64,000 nt of DNA from Octopus vulgaris (GCA_951406725.2 OX597814.1:208382001-208446000); one strand, 5' to 3'; shown: positions 51,769-64,000, counted from the first letter of the stretch. Translations and numbers: made by a program. The notes: generated by a model not told the origin, from the letters alone.

Positions 51769-52142
51769 GTAGTAGTAGTAGTAGTAGTAGTAGTAGCAGC
51801 AGCAACAGAAGTAGTAACGGCAGCAGTAGTAGTAGTAGTAGGTAGTGGTGATGGTTGTGGTTGTTGTTACCATTGTGGTTGTCTCATATTCTGAGAAAGA
51901 TGGTTCAGCAATTTTTTGATGAACGACCTGCACTAATGAATTATTTATAGTGACTGAATATTTGTGCTGTATATTAGCTTACACCTTCCATGAAATCAAT
52001 GTTACCTAGACAGGTGCACAATGTGATCACAAAGCAACATGAGATGAAGTATTTTACTCAAGAACACAACAAAGTATCCAGTACAGAAACTACATTCCCT
52101 CAATCATGAGTGCAACACCCTAACCAGTAGGCCATATAACCT

Positions 52143-52194
<52 letters not shown>

Positions 52195-52228
52195 CACACA
52201 CACACACACACGCACACACACATACATA

Positions 52229-52792
52229 CATGATGGCCGTCCACTCGTGACAAAGGAAGACCATTGCTGACCTTCAGGAACATTGTGTGCTCTAGGACTA
52301 ACTTATATTTTGCATTTGCAGCTCCGTTGGTGGCTAATGAGCCCTGCTCTTGACAAGCATACATGACTGCAAACATTGCAGACCAAGCTTTCCCCATTCA
52401 CTATATGAGCCATGCGCTTTCGCGCAGCTCGCCTAAGTTCTTCATGCTGGATACGTGCTCTCTCAAAAGTGTTGATCCCCTCCTTAACCTGCTTCCTCCA
52501 TCTGTGGCGATGACAGGCATTGTTCTCCCAGTCAGTGTCATGAATATCAAAGGCCTTTAATGAGGATTTAACACAGTCCTTAAATCGCAGCCTTAGTTTC
52601 TGCCAGAGTCTCCTTCCATTCACAAGTTCTCCATAGAGCATCTGCTTAGGAATCCTTCTATCCTCCATTCTAATAAGGTGTCCAGTCCAATGCAACCGGT
52701 GATTGTGTACCATCGCCTCAATACTCAAGATATCAGCTGTCCTCAGGATCTGTGTGTCTGGAATTTTTGAGGTCCAGCCAACATTGAGAACA
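52229..52792 (-). mobile_element. RTE (BovB-like) LINE 3' fragment
   Basis: LNVGWTSKIPDTQILR...RLHWTGHLIRMEDRRIPKQMLYGEL...RFKDCVK...CNVCSHVCLSRAGLISHQRSC, an open frame. Confidence 0.88.
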
Positions 52793-52846
52793 CATATATA
52801 TATATATATACACATTTGTGTATATATATATATATGTATATATATA

Positions 52847-53982
52847 CTAGCTGGTATACCCGGTAATTCCTAGGGGTAAAGATGTTCTATTCAAACGCCC
52901 TATTATTCTGATATAAGAAAGCAATTTCGTTATAACTGCCACGAAAGGTGTATTTTCCATCAAGGAAAAGTACAAAAAGCTGTCAGCTGAAGGAGGGAGA
53001 TATTGTTGGAGGTTGGTGAATGAGGTTTTCGGAGGTTGGTGAGAGGCAAAGATATTATTCTGCTTAGCAAAGGCATCTGGGAAGTATATAACTGCTGTCA
53101 CTCACAGAAAAACTATTGTTTTACCGTGAGAAAAACACTGTAGTAGTGCTAAGTGAAATTTGGCAATCGAGGATTGAATCCACACTATGCCTGCATGAAG
53201 CCACTACAAATACATTGTGGAATAAAAAAATTATCTACTGTCATGGGAAAAGTTTAACTGTAAAAATGCAGAATTATTGGAGTAATGGGCATCCAAAAAT
53301 GTATTTATGTATAGAAATGTATGAATGAAGTCTTTAATGTTTAAGATTCAAATTAAGGAAGTGCAATAATAATGTTTAGCAGTTCATAACTATGAGTAGT
53401 GAAATGCAGAATTAGGTCAGCTGATTGTGAGAAATATTGATCACTTCACTAAAATCTGCAGGTGGAATGGGTTATTTCCCTTGGGTTGTTTAAATAAAAT
53501 ATTAGTAATATGTAGTAGATAGAAGGATCCATTGAAGGGCCCTATTATCGATGTTTTTTCAACAATATAAGTATGTCACAAGGTTTCCAGACATGAGTTC
53601 TACTCATGTGTCAAATAAAGTATAAAAGTGATATTGTCTGCAAAATATCAACATTCAAAGAACAAAAAATCAATATTAAAAAAAATCAATATTCCAAGTA
53701 ATCGAACATAAACAATGAAATGGGTTATTTCCCTTGAGTGTTTAAAAAAGATATTGTCCAGGTGCTATGGGTTATTTCCCGTGGGTGTTTTAAAAAAAAT
53801 AGTTATATGAGGTAGATATAAATGTCTCTTCCAGGGGCCGTATTATTGACTTTTTCACGATGTTTCTAGGCATGAGTTCTACTCACGTGTCAAGTTTCAT
53901 CAAAATCAACATAACGATTTAGGAGGAGTTAGCTAACAATGCCACAAAAGAGCACACCGATTTTCTGCATATGTAGTATATA
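52847..53982 (-). mobile_element. Probable non-autonomous Helitron (second family)
   Basis: a|ctag.tggtatacccgg...ggg at the left (3' CTAG plus hairpin remnant on minus); aagtttcatcaaaatc...ttaggaggagtt near the right end; repeated tgggttatttccc motifs and an internal duplication (53465-53613 vs 53766-53893). Confidence 0.55.
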
Positions 53983-54002
53983 TATATATTTTTTAAAAAT
54001 TT

Positions 54003-54455
54003 TATCTAGTTTCAGCTCAGGAGCTGTAGCCATGCTGGGGCACCGCCATTTGGTGTTGCTACATGATTTTACTTCACGAATGCTTTTTAGCAACTGCCAT
54101 TTGGTGCATGAGAGAGTTCGATGCAGCTGCCCTCATCTGCACCTCCTGCCATGAAGTTGGTTCATCCGGGACACCTGACAGGAAGAGATCCAGTCCTACT
54201 TTAAAGACATCTGCATCCACCCCATGCAGGTTCCTCAGGTTCTTCGGGAGGATATTGAAGAGCTGTAGGCCTCTGAAGCCCAGGATATCACAGTATCTTG
54301 TCCTACATCTTGATGGCAAATTTGGAGTCCTTGGCACCACGCAGTGGCGCCCAGTTCTGGCATTTGTGTAACTCTCGATGCCAAAGTTTGGGACAAGTCC
54401 TTCCAGGATCTTCCAGATTTATATTATGGTATATCTTTCTCACCTACGCTCCAAG

Positions 54456-54460
<5 letters not shown>
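54003..54460 (-). mobile_element. CR1-group LINE 3' fragment sharing its tail with SINE A
   Basis: YSLERR*ERYTIIYIWKILEGLVPN...GLQLFNILPKNLRNL...FKVGLDLFLSGVPDEP...SNSL; ends ggcggtgccccagcatggctacagctcctgagctgaaac. Confidence 0.82.
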
Positions 54461-54493
<33 letters not shown>

Positions 54494-54513
54494 GCACACA
54501 AACATGTACATAT

Positions 54514-54698
54514 ATATATTGTTGTGTCTGGGGAGAGTTCTTTTAGTGCCTTATTATTTAATACATTCACCAGTAAAGTTTCCACTCATTTACTTATTTA
54601 TTTTAGGAACAATAAATAATGAGTGGAAACTTTAGTGGTGAGTGTGTTAAATAATAAGGCACGGAAAGAGAATCACTCTCCCCAGACACAACAAAATA
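54514..54698. repeat. Fold-back, ~75-bp arms, next to (TA)n
   Basis: ttgttgtgtctggggagagt...aaagtttccactcatt / aatgagtggaaacttt...actctccccagacacaacaa. Confidence 0.88.
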
Positions 54699-54814
54699 TG
54701 GTTTAACACACGAAATCACACAAAGAATTACCAGAGTAAGCACATAAGTTTGTAACAAGGTGGAAAAAATAGTACTCAAATACTGGAGGCAGAGTAATAT
54801 GCTTTGTTAATAAA

Positions 54815-54887
<73 letters not shown>

Positions 54888-55426
54888 GAATATTAGGGAA
54901 TAAATCCAAACTTACAGGGAAAAATCAGATTTAGGATTGAATCCAATTTTATAGTAAAATATTATATTATATTAACAGCCATGAAACGATCGTAGTGATA
55001 TATTAATTATATTTTTTAAATAATTTTGTTATATATTTAAATAATATAAATTAAATAATCTTATGTATTGACTTAAGTTTGTCATTGTATGATTTGCCTA
55101 ATAGTGGTTTTGTCTCTGATCGAAATCGATCAATGGAAATCGATCAATGGAAATTGCAGATGTGTTACCAGTGCCGGTGGCATGTAAGAGAACTTTCCGT
55201 TTCGCAACCGTTGCCAGCACCGCCCGTGTATGTATGTATGTATGTATGTATGTATGCGGTGGCACGTAAAGCACCCACTACACTCACGGAGTAGGAAGGG
55301 CATCCAGCCGTAGAAACACTGCCAGATTTGACTGGGCCTGATGAAGCCTTCTGGCTTCACAGACCCCATAGAACTCAACCATGCTAGCATGGAAACGGAC
55401 GCTAAATGATGATGATGATGATGATG

Positions 55427-55464
<38 letters not shown>

Positions 55465-55469
55465 ATACA

Positions 55470-55505
<36 letters not shown>

Positions 55506-56663
55506 TATATTTCTATATGTACTGTCTGAGAAAGCTATTGAAAATTACCTGATATATATGTGCATGGGTGTGCTTTTTATTTTGTGTTTATTTATGCAAC
55601 TATTACTATATACATTACTTTGTTCACCTGATTCATTTCAGCTTTTTTTTTTTGTTGCACAATTTCTTCTTTCTGCCATTACCTTTAATTTACTTTCAGC
55701 ATACGCCTGCATATATGTATCATTGTGTATATTTATATGTACACTTCATATTATACCTTTATTTTACTATAATACAATGGTATTCCTTTGTAAAGAATTA
55801 TAGCAAAGTGTGTATCTGAACCTATATTTTATTCTCTTATACTTTTAGTATATGCATGTATATGATGGATATTCATGTATTTGGCCATATATATATCTAA
55901 GAATATATATATGTGCATATGTATATATTTATGAGTACATATGCATATTTATGTATGTACATATCTATGCATGTATATTTGTTTGCTTATGTATATATGT
56001 GTATGCCTGTAGCTATATGTATATAATAATATACTTCTTATGTGAATGTCTGCATAGTTTCTTTTTCTTGTGTGTATGTTTGTATGTGTGTGTATGTATA
56101 CTAGTATATTCATGTGTGTATACATACAAATAACCTACCACTGTTTCATTCCTTTATTCCTGTTTTTTTTTTCTTGTTTTCAAGATCCACTCCTTTCCTA
56201 TTCCCTGTTTTTTTCCCCCCCATATGAGCTTTTATTACTTATACCAATTCTAAACAATAAATATCCCAACTTTTTGGCATGCTGGCTGTCCATTATTGCC
56301 ACCACATGTATATTAATGAAATTATAATCTACAGCAACCACTACAATACTTTGAGTGTGCTGATAATTAATGAAACTACACCCCTGTCTATCTTACGAAG
56401 AAACAAACAAGGAAAATATTTCTTTTTTTTTTTACTGCCTCAGTCTTCTGTAACAGAGGTGCCATTTCTAGTTCACAGTTGTGTGTGCGATACTTAAAAA
56501 AGAGCTAATTTAATTGCATTATAGTAAGCTGTCAGTAAGTATGATAAAATTTTAGTTCTCAGTTGAAGTTATTTATGTTATTTAGGATACGATACTAATG
56601 TCATTGAGAAATACATAAATGTTACAATTTTTCATTTTTCTCTCCTTTAAAATGATCAAACTC

Positions 56664-57070
56664 TGTGATCGTTACCAGTGTTGCCTTACTGGCACTCGAG
56701 CCCCGTGCTAGTAGGGTATTAAGAGCACCATCCCAGTGTGATCATTGCCAGAGCTGCTATCTGGCCTCCGTGCCGGTGGCACGTAAAAGACACCATTTGA
56801 GCGTGATCATTATCAGCATCGCCCTACGGGCACCTGTGCCAGTGGCATGTGTAAAAGATTCAAGCGATGTTGTTGCCGGTGGCACGTAAAAGCACCCACT
56901 ACACTCTCAGAGTGGTTGGCGTTAGGAAGGGCATCCAGCTGTAGAAACTCTGCCAGATCAAGACTGAAACCTGGTGCAGCTATCTGATTCGCCAGCCCTC
57001 ACTCAAATTGTCCAACCCATGCTAGCATGGAAAGTGGACGTTAAACAATGATGATGATGATGATGATGAT
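56664..57070 (+). mobile_element. Family B (RTE 3' end)
   Basis: Modular 5' part plus the common terminus. Confidence 0.8.
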
Positions 57071-57229
57071 TACCTTCATTCAAAATGGATATTTAAGTAA
57101 AATAATTTATAGTGATCCTAGTAGAGTAGAAATAACATCCCAGTAAAAACAAAAAAAGGCCAGTCTAGTAAATAAGAGCATTGTAGTTCACTTGAAGCAT
57201 TGTAGTCCAGAAGTAGAAAATGAAAGAAA

Positions 57230-57356
57230 ATATTTTGGGTGCAAAGGCCTATCTTCAGAAGGGAGCAGTCCAAGAACTGTATAGTTACGAAATTGATGCA
57301 TATATACATTTCTTGGACTGCTTCTTTGTGAAGAAACCCCTTTGTGTCTGAAATAT
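57230..57356 (+). other. Imperfect hairpin (candidate structured RNA)
   Basis: 54-nt ungapped arms: 42 Watson-Crick pairs, 7 G-U and 5 mismatches when read on the plus strand (manual count). Confidence 0.5.
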
Positions 57357-57881
57357 AAAGGTTCTTTTCTAAAACTTTTCACATTGTTAGAAGCTTTCTT
57401 TACTTCCCTTTTCTTTCATTTCCTACTGGTCAAGTGCTTTTGTTAATATGTGCACATTGTAAAGTGGTTGGTGTTAGGAAAGACATCCAGCCATAGAAGC
57501 CATTCCAAAACAGATGATGGAGTCCTTGGATTCATTAGATCCAGTCAAACCATCCAACCCATACTTGTATAAAATATGGACATAAAATATTGATGATGAT
57601 GATGATGATGATATGTGGTTTATTGTTATCATAAACATTAGAACTTGTAATTTGCTCCTTATAGCTAATTTTATTCACCGTAAAGAAATGAAAAACAGTA
57701 AACTTTTTAGGCTACCAAAAAGTAAGTTTGGTACAACGTTGGCCATAAATTTACCACCAATAAATCATTGTCTATATATCAAACAAATCCAGCATGTTGA
57801 ATTTTAGTGTAATTTGATATTTGTTTAGCTTCAAAAATTGCAAAATTCTGCTTATTTTTGACATATTGTTCAAATAATACA

Positions 57882-58281
57882 TCTTTATATATAAAAGTGA
57901 GGTTGTGTGCTGTCTGTCTCCTACGATTTAGATTCCTAACTACTCCCACATTTTGCGGTGCAGTTTAACCAAAACCGGGTATCTTATAGTCGTGATTCAT
58001 ATCGAGCCCTTCTGGGTATTAGTGCGTGATCTACGATGAGTCTACGATTTAAAAAAAAATTTACCATCAATTTTTCCCATTTTTAATGCATTTTTGGCAT
58101 ATATAAGGAAAGTAACTCTCTAAAAATTTATTATTAAATCTCAGAACGTAAAAAGCTACAGTAACACCACCACCCCTTTGTGGTTAGCCATATTGAGATG
58201 GCTATTATACTTTACATCTCTAAAAATGCTTATATAGTTATTTCTCTTACAAACCCGAGCAACGCCGGGCGATACTGCTAG
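57882..58281 (+). mobile_element. Non-autonomous Helitron (family D variant)
   Basis: Same TC start, hairpin and CTAG end; different internal segment at about 58127-58217. Confidence 0.85.
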
Positions 58282-59178
58282 TTATATATAAGGCCTTTCA
58301 CCATGAGGCTTTTGAGAGAAATAATGTCTCTTAGCAAGCAAGGTTTTTTTTTATGAGATTGGAATTATAGGGATACTACACATTGTTACTTAGTTATTCA
58401 AAGCCTAATGAGAGTAGATTAGTAATATTTTCTCCTTTCATGAAAGTCAAACTCAAGATATCCTTCAACCCATTAATTTGTTGTATTATGATATTCAGCT
58501 TCATATCAAGGAACTATTTTTGGTTTTGATAGCGTTGGTATTTGTTATTCACTTTGCTATTTATTATTCACTCTTGTAGACAGGAAAGTTAAATATTCTG
58601 TTCAACAGAAATATAAGCAGAATGGAGAATAATGGTTTACGTAGAGTACATAATATTCCATAAACCACACAGACACTATGCCAAACATTAAAAAATTTCA
58701 ACAAGAGAATGGTTACAGTGATTTAGTTTCCCTCAAAGCTTTCTATTGGCCCAATACATTAATGGTATTTACAACCTATTCATTACTCTTTCTAGTGCTT
58801 ATAGCAGTGAAACTACCTTTTCTTGATACCTAATTACAGCTAGACAGACTGCATCTGCATTAAGTGTTTTGTTCAAAGGATACAACACACCGCTAGTAAG
58901 ATAGCATGTATCATTACCCCTTAAGTGGGTAAGGCTCTCGATGCATCAGCTAAATTTACATTATCAATGACTAACACTAATTGTCTCAAATGTACTATCA
59001 ATGTTTTCTGTCTTTCTTTTCAAATATAAATCATATTTAAATGTAATCTTACTTATTAAATATTCTGTAGTGCAGGGTATCATTCTTTTTATCAACCACT
59101 CATAGGGTTTGTATCACAGAGGCTGGAAAAAAACTTCAATTTTCCATTTGTCATTTTATAAGATTCCATTCATAAATA

Positions 59179-59584
59179 GGTGCAGGAGTGGCTGTGTGGT
59201 AAGCAGCTTGTTTACCAACCACATGGTTCTGGGTTCAGTCCCACTACGTGGCATCTTGGGCAAGTGTCTTCTACTATAGCCTCAGGCCGACCAAAGCCTT
59301 GTGAGTGGATTTGGTAGACGGAAACTGAAAGAAGCCCGTCGTATATATGTATATATATGTGTGTGTGCATGTTTGTGTGTCTGTGTTTGTCCCCCTAGCA
59401 TTGCTTGACAACCGATGCTGGTGTGTTTATGTCCCCGTCACTTAGCAGTTCGGCAAAAGAGACCGATAGAATAAGTACTGGGCTTACAAAGAATAAGTCC
59501 CGGGGTCGAGTTGCTCGACTAAAGGCAGTGCTCCAGCATGGCCGCAGTCAAATGACTGAAACAAGTAAAAGAGTAAAAGAGTAA
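59179..59584 (+). mobile_element. SINE family A
   Basis: Full-length copy. Confidence 0.9.
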
Positions 59585-59597
59585 ACCAATAAGTAGA

Positions 59598-59878
59598 TCA
59601 TCATCATCATTTAATGTCCGCTTTCCATGCTAGCATGGGTTGGACGGTTTGACTGAGGTCTGGTGAACCAGACTCTAATCTGATCTGGTGGAGTTTCTAC
59701 AGCTGGATGCCCTTCCTAATGCCAACCACTCCCAGATTGTAGTGGGTGCCTTTACGTGCCACCGGCACGAGGGCCAGTTTAGTGGTACTGGCAACGGCCA
59801 TGTTCAAATGGTGGTTTTTACGTGTCACCTGCACAGGAGCCAGCCCAGCAGCACTGGCGACAACCTCGCTCAAATGTT
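59598..59878 (-). mobile_element. Family B (RTE 3' end)
   Basis: Reverse copy about 85 bp from the exon 1 donor. Confidence 0.8.
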
Positions 59879-59963
59879 TTTTTTTAAATAAATAAATGAA
59901 TAAAAAACTAACAAAAAGACAAGAATTTTCATCAAAGTCATTAAATAGCAGTTCTTTACTTAC

Positions 59964-60152
59964 TTGTACTTTACTATTTCTTGGATGGTCACAACCAGCA
60001 ATATAAAGTACTTCCTGTACCTCTTCAGATGGTCTGTCAGAATTCTTACCAAATATGACACAGTTATCTAAACTGTTGGGTGGCAGCACAACAAAAGTAT
60101 CACAAGACAGAGGTGGGCAGCTGTCTGCCAATGAAGCTAAACTTGTTGACAT
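59964..60152 (-). CDS. SCRN: Secernin (SCRN2/3-like, peptidase C69) coding exon 1
   Basis: [25 protein letters not shown]...[17 protein letters not shown]...KVQ, 63 codons. Matches the secernin N-terminal motifs SCDTFV and GKNSDRP. Donor CAA|gtaagt at 59963 (phase 0). Acceptor ttctttctgttgcag ends at 60166, 13 nt before the ATG, implying an upstream 5'UTR exon. Confidence 0.93.
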
Positions 60153-60473
60153 TTCTGTGAAATTTCTGCAACAGAAAGAAATAGAAATTTTGTTATAAGA
60201 GATACGAATAAATAAATAAATAAATAAAAGATGTATTCTTGTTTTTTAATTTGGTTTGGCTACATACTGTACATTATTTATATGAGTTTTTTGTTTTGTT
60301 TTGCGTGTGTGTATGTTGATAAAGATACAAACAAACAAACAAACGTTTATACATATATACATTTACTATACTGTTGAGGGGTCAATTGCTGACCAGTTAT
60401 AAACATTCAAAAACCATTGAGAAAGAGATCACTTATGGACATCTGTTTTGAAACCTGTATCTTCTCTACCCAG

Positions 60474-60782
60474 TGGAGGCACATAGCCTAGTGGTTAGAG
60501 CAGCGGACTCGCAGTCGAGGGATTTGTGGGTTCGAATCTCAGACTGGGCAATGTGTGTGTTTATGAGCGAAACAAAACACCTAAGCTCCACGCGGCTCTG
60601 GCAGAAGGTAATGGCAAACTTCTGCTGACTCTTTTGCCACAACTTTCTCTCACTCTTTCCTCCTGCATCTTGCAGCTCACCTGTGACAGACCGGCATCTC
60701 ATCCAGGTGGGGAACCTATACACCAAGGAAACCGGGAAATCGGCCCTTATGAGCCAGGCACGGCTCGAGAAGGAACAAACAA
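60474..60782 (+). mobile_element. SINE family F, full length
   Basis: gtggaggcacatagcctagtggttagagcagcggactcg (A box)...gggttcgaatctc (B box), body, and (aaac)n tail. Confidence 0.82.
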
Positions 60783-61042
60783 AACAATCTTCTCTACCCA
60801 TGTTATAAATTTACTTTTGTACTCATTATCATATATGTTACTAAATGTTTGAGTACCCCAGCATAGTAAATTCAAATTGTTAGCACAGGCATAACCAGGC
60901 TTATACATGGCTGCGAGGTTACAAAGTTTATTTCGTAACTACATGATTTCAGGTTCAGTTCTGCTTCATGTCATCTTGGGCAAGTATCTTCTACAATAGC
61001 CTCAGGCCAACAAATGCATTGTGAGTAGAAGTTCATCGTATA

Positions 61043-61076
<34 letters not shown>

Positions 61077-61077
61077 C

Positions 61078-61115
<38 letters not shown>

Positions 61116-61874
61116 ACATATCTATGGGAATATTGATTCCACATGATTTCATTAATAAAAATCCAGTGTCATTGTTTTCATTCCCCAATAATCAAATGTT
61201 CTGGAGTCCAGTGGACATGTATGGGCCAATAGAATAGAAAATACCTCACTTGAAAAAAAAAACTAAAAAGTTAGAGACAGGAAGAGCATCTGGTCATAGA
61301 AAATTCCTTTTATTAATTTTTATCTAACCTATGCTAGTCTGGAAAAAAAAAAAAAATGATGATGATGATAATGATGATAGCACTGAGGATCATAATGACA
61401 ATAAGGATAATAATGATGATGATGATGACAATGATGATAACAATGATAATATTCAGTATAACAACGAAAATATGCTATTCTTTTTAAAATTCAATACATA
61501 ACTCTTTATTACTTATTGAAGTTTCCATAATATAGTTTCCATAATATAGCACATTTCACAAATTTGCATAAGCTTGTATGTAATTAGGAAATGAGAATTA
61601 TAATATTTCATACAAAGCTAACCAGCAGCAAAGACTCGTTCAAATTTGCAAATATTTACTAAATCATTTTCACTATTACTGACCCCCCCCCCCAACCCAT
61701 CACCATTATATTCCTCAGTTTCTGTGGTTATTTTTCTCTTGTGATATTGCTATATTTCTTAGTAAGAAACCAAACTTGTCATTATAACAATATATCAAAG
61801 ATTTAAAATAGGAAAGCAACCATTTAGAAATACATAATTTCTGTATTAAAGTCATGAACTTTGTAGTTGGCGGG

Positions 61875-62180
61875 TTCAGATTTTTGATGTACATATGGAG
61901 GATGACGGATGGGAAAAGAAGTGCCAGGAGATCCAAATGGAAGGAAAGTGTGGGAGAGGAAAACCAAGAAAGGCCAGAGCAGAAGTGGTTAAAACTGATC
62001 TCAGGATGTTGCACCTCACAAAAGGCACTACAAAAGAATTCAACAAAGGGTAAGACACTGTGTTAGAAAGAACCAGTGTCCAACCCATGCTAGCATGGAA
62101 AATCAGCTATGATGATGATGATGATGATGATGATGACGATGATGATGATGACAATGACGATGATGATGATGATGATGATA
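61875..62180 (+). mobile_element. Old RTE 3' end with a short UTR and (GAT)n tail
   Basis: MEDDGWEKKCQEIQMEGKCGRGKPRK...VVKTDLRML followed almost directly by tccaacccatgctagcatggaaaa. Confidence 0.65.
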
Positions 62181-62659
62181 ACGTCATGTAAGTTGCCACA
62201 TGTCATAATTGTTGAGTGAAATACCAAGGAGAAATGTTGAATTAGTTTTCGGTTTTATGTCAACTTACATTGTTAAAGATTTATCACTAACTTCAATAAT
62301 TAGTTAGTGGTTACTAAACAGACACCTATCCATCAACAGTTCTTGTAAATAATTGGATTTTTGAACCAATCCAATTTATATTAGATTTGTATAGATCATA
62401 TAAGGAAGAAAATGTCTAATATTCATATTAAAGATGAATAGTTCAAAAAGAGGAGATATTCTTTAAAATCCATACATTGCATATAATAGGAATGATTGAT
62501 TTAGGAATACATTTCTTTTTGAGACTCTGGAAGCAAAAAAAAAATAATAATGATGATTCTTATTAAGTAATGATTAAGATACACCATCCATTCCTACACA
62601 CACTCACAAAAACATACACACATGCATACACACACATATTACACACACCTATATATAAC

Positions 62660-63029
62660 CACAGGAGTGGCTGTGTGGTAAGAAACTTGCCTTCCAACCA
62701 CATGGCTCTGGGTTCAGTCCCACTGTGTAGCACCTTGGGCAAGTGTCTTCTACTATAGCCTCAGGCCGATCAAAGCCTTGTGAGTGGATTTGGTAGACAG
62801 AAACTGAAAGAATGCCATCATATATGTGGATATATATGTATGTATTTGTGTGTCTGTGGTTGTCCCCACACCATCACTTGACACTGATGTTGGTGTGTTT
62901 ATACTAAGATTGCAAGGACCAAGAGAATAAATACTAAGATTGCAAAGAATAAGTTCTGAGGTCGATTTGTTTGACTAAAGGTGGTGCTTCAGCATAACCA
63001 CAGTCAAATGACTGAAACAAATAAAAGAA
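62660..63029 (+). mobile_element. SINE family A (older copy with an internal deletion)
   Basis: Diverged copy; another copy starts at 63920 and runs off the window. Confidence 0.8.
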
Positions 63030-63057
63030 TATATATGTATATAGTTCAATAGTGATA

Positions 63058-63570
63058 CATCAAGAAGATTGCCTCAATGAAACACTTGAGCTACTCAGAA
63101 AGACTGAAAGAATTACAATTCTTCTCTCTGGAATGAAGGCAGGAAAGACATGTGGTGATATACATATGGAAGAGCCTAGAGGGGCTGGCACCAAATTTTG
63201 GTATTGAGATTTATACCAGCCTCTGAACAGGATGCCATTGCACTGTCCCAAAGGACCCACTCATCCTAGCTGGAACCAGGTGCTACAATAGCTTGGGATT
63301 CAAAGGCCCACAGCTATTTAATATATTACCAAAAGAACCTGAGAGATCTACTTGGAGTCAGGATTAGATGTTTTCAAGAAGTAACATGACTTTCTTCTGT
63401 CCAAGACTTCAGATGAACATTACATCACAATAAGAAACTTAAACAAGAGCAGCAATATCAAACTTCCTCATCCACCAAAAGTCAACTACATAGGAATGGC
63501 CATTGAAAAGGTGATCATTCTGGTAGTGCCCCAGCATGGCCACAGCCTTTAGGCTGGGACACATAAAAGA
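63058..63570 (+). mobile_element. CR1-group LINE 3' fragment (same group as 54003)
   Basis: KHLSYSERLKELQFFSLE*RQERHVVIYIWKSLEGLAPNFG...GPQLFNILPK; ends gtgccccagcatggccacagcctttaggctg. Confidence 0.78.
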
Positions 63571-64000
63571 ATATACATGAACATGCTAATACACTCACTT
63601 TCACACTCACTAAAATCTCAATGGTTTTATCATTAGAGTTTGGTCATTTCTGATTTTTCAACAATATCTTGACCTGAAGTGTTAAGACATTCAGTCTATC
63701 ATCTTTTGATATTTATTCTTCAAAGCTTACTTTAATGTTTCTGCTTTGGCAAATATAGCATTATTTGAAATAAACTAATTTACTTGGATTAATAGATTAC
63801 TTTTAATAACATCACATGTGTTTTGGTATACACTGTATTTATCATGATTCTGAGTATATCGATTTATATTAATTTCCAATGGTAGCAGTAAAACCACAAC
63901 TCTGTGGTTTTCATATATAGGTGCAGGAGTGGCTGCGTGGTAAGTAGCTTGCTTACCAACCACATGGTTCCAGGTTCATTCCCACTGCATGGTGCCTTGG

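Noticed and set aside
55338-55365. ctgatga-stem resembling a hammerhead
   Set aside because: There is no GAAA after the stem; it is a chance variant of the family-B ctggtgcagcc segment.
55500-56130. Cys/Tyr-rich ORFs
   Set aside because: Decayed (TA)/(TG) low-complexity sequence.
60474-60550. tRNA gene
   Set aside because: A/B boxes are present but there is no proper cloverleaf or acceptor stem, and it continues into a SINE body; this is a SINE head.

Overview
AT-rich eukaryotic genomic DNA, saturated with microsatellites and retroposons. The repeat landscape resembles what I recall for Octopus/coleoid cephalopods; this is an inference, not a search result. The only host gene I can support is a secernin (SCRN2/3-like, peptidase C69/Ntn-hydrolase) on the minus strand. 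Four coding exons (60152-59964, 51417-51230, 24628-24423, 6857-6627) have canonical GT-AG sites and compatible phases (0, 2, 1, 1). The C-terminal exons lie beyond base 1 and a 5'UTR exon lies further upstream, so nearly the whole window is intron. The introns contain three tRNA-headed SINE families (called A, C and F here), a headless (GAT)n-tailed family B that turns out to be the 3' end of an RTE LINE, 3' fragments of RTE, CR1 and R4/Dong-type LINEs, non-autonomous Helitrons, TTAA/piggyBac-type MITEs, Penelope-like fragments and large simple repeats. Almost all listed ORFs are repeat artefacts. No new biological system is proven. Best leads: (i) a 54-bp hairpin at 57230-57356 whose transition differences are all G-U on one strand; (ii) minimal hammerhead-ribozyme motifs in Penelope-like fragments; (iii) a covarying 3' stem-loop shared by SINE-A and a CR1-type LINE; (iv) five unrelated fold-backs next to (TA)n tracts; (v) several nested insertions with clean target-site duplications (TSDs). 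Repeat boundaries are read by eye and are approximate.
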